DNA of 24,901 nucleotides, from assembly GCA_950072105.1 (NCBI GenBank), contig CATMOE010000054.1, positions 1 through 24,901 on the forward strand. Direction: 5' to 3'. Every line of letters begins with the position of its first letter. Position 1 is the stretch's first letter. Below, one piece after another: positions 23,619-24,901 of the stretch. The position numbers and the translations under genes were made by a program. This DNA comes from an uncultured Dehalococcoidia bacterium (GTDB taxonomy: Bacteria > Chloroflexota > Dehalococcoidia > Lucifugimonadales > UBA3495). The notes under the pieces are model-generated. The model was not told where the DNA came from, ran no database searches, and saw only the letters and a program-made list of their open reading frames with translations.

Positions 23619-24782
23619 TTACGCCGATGAATACAGCCGGTTCAGGTTGGCGTGGCGGTCCGGATCCAGGTCACGGCCTTGGAGCGCCGGATGGTCCGGC
23701 CCGTAACGGTGGGCGCGGAATACCGAGTTTGCGAATCCGGAGGTGGTGCCTCCGACGCCCGCGCCACTCTTGCCGAGGAAGGGGTTAATATATTCCCACA
23801 CGATGTCCTTGGCGGGGGTGACTTCGAAGATGCGCCCCGGGGCGCCCTCGCAGATGAGGGTATTGCCGTTGGGCAGACGGTCCGCCCCGCTAATGTGGTA
23901 GCTAAAAAACGATATGGGCGGGTCGCCACGGTACTCCCAGACAATCTGGTTGTCGCTGGGGTCGATCTCCACGACCCTCGAGTGACATACACCTCGGCGA
24001 TGTGGACCGTTATCGAAGAGGAGGACGTGTCCGTTGTCCAGGTACGTCGGGTTATGTTGGTGGGAAATGTCTCCCGGACCCCACTTCCACGTGAACTTTC
24101 CAGTGGAACGGTCCACTATGCCCACCGTGTCGGTCTGGCGGAAACTTACCAACAGACTACCGTCCTTGGTCACGTTCAGGCAGTTTTGGTGGGTCCACTC
24201 GGCCCGGCCCTCGAGGAAGCATATGGTGTCCTCCTCAAGGCTGAGGTGCTCCCAAGACCGCCACTCGTCCACTACTTCACCGCCGGCGGTGACTTCCATC
24301 ACTGCGTCCCCCAGCATCTGCCCCGGTTCGGAGCCGTCGGTGTAGCCGCCTTTGACCTGAGTCGCCAGCTCTTCGGGAAGAGACTTCCACACTAGGACTA
24401 GCGTATTGCCGTTGGGCAGCCGTTCAAAGTCGTGATGCAGGAAGGGATACCGGTACTCCCAGACGACGTTGCTGTCCCAGTCCAATTCAAGGATGGCCCC
24501 GGAGGTCGTCCTACCGCCGCCAGGAACAAGGTTTCGCTCCGGACGGCTCAAAAATGATGTCTCCTCCGCCGCCGGTCCGGTCCGAAGCAGCAGGTTGCCG
24601 TTGGGCAAAAGATAGCCGTAGCTTATGCCCTCATCAGAGCGCCATTCATGGCAGATTCGGCCTTCCATGTCGATTAGGTGAGCTATATTGCCGCTGTTGC
24701 TTACAAGCAGGGTGTAACCCCGGTAGCTGTGTTGAGGCGCATAGTGGATCAGACCTGTTGAATGATGCGTGGACCAGCCCAT
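23619..24782 (-). CDS. Aryl-sulfate sulfotransferase (ASST) family protein
   Basis: Motifs HHDF, WTHQN, VSFR, HQH, LLFDNG and RLPNGNTLI. Confidence 0.9.
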   Translation of the reverse strand: MGWSTHHSTGLIHYAPQHSYRGYTLLVSNSGNIAHLIDMEGRICHEWRSDEGISYGYLLPNGNLLLRTGPAAEETSFLSRPERNLVPGGGRTTSGAILELDWDSNVVWEYRYPFLHHDFERLPNGNTLVLVWKSLPEELATQVKGGYTDGSEPGQMLGDAVMEVTAGGEVVDEWRSWEHLSLEEDTICFLEGRAEWTHQNCLNVTKDGSLLVSFRQTDTVGIVDRSTGKFTWKWGPGDISHQHNPTYLDNGHVLLFDNGPHRRGVCHSRVVEIDPSDNQIVWEYRGDPPISFFSYHISGADRLPNGNTLICEGAPGRIFEVTPAKDIVWEYINPFLGKSGAGVGGTTSGFANSVFRAHRYGPDHPALQGRDLDPDRHANLNRLYSSA

Positions 24783-24827
24783 GGCGGTATCGAGCTCCTA
24801 TATATAAATTCGGACTCACGGTTCGTG

Positions 24828-24856
24828 AATGTACCCGGTATTGCTTATCGCGTCAA
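24828..24856 (-). promoter_or_regulatory. Putative sigma70-type promoter of the ASST gene
   Basis: Minus strand TTGACG-17 bp-TACATT. Confidence 0.55.
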
Positions 24857-24901
24857 GAAATCGAGGAAGTTGGTTGGCCAAGGAGATTCCCAAGTGTATC
24901 A

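Overview
GC-rich bacterial chromosomal DNA. The gene content (luciferase-like monooxygenase, five VOC-fold genes, three ACMSD-like amidohydrolases, crotonase, atypical SDR, cytoplasmic arylsulfotransferase) resembles SAR202/Dehalococcoidia Chloroflexota; this is an inference from gene content only. The window has two parts. (1) About 1-8300 holds mostly secreted or membrane genes, several of them decayed: a coiled-coil protein probably truncated at its 5' end, a nitrile hydratase beta-like relic, an intact VOC gene, an intact S8 subtilase, a TPR pseudogene, a collagen plus 3-repeat beta-prism-like pseudogene, and a membrane protein. (2) About 8400-24800 is a dense set of intact small-molecule catabolic and redox enzymes, many with their own sigma70-like promoter and with no recognisable regulator or transporter. 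The intergenic DNA carries at least four families of tiny palindromic repeats. One is nested inside another (17990-18097) and one sits in frame in the subtilase 5' end. Stop-codon usage is strongly TAG-biased (14 TAG, 7 TAA, 1 TGA among 22 CDS). No rRNA, tRNA, CRISPR array, transposase or integrase was seen.
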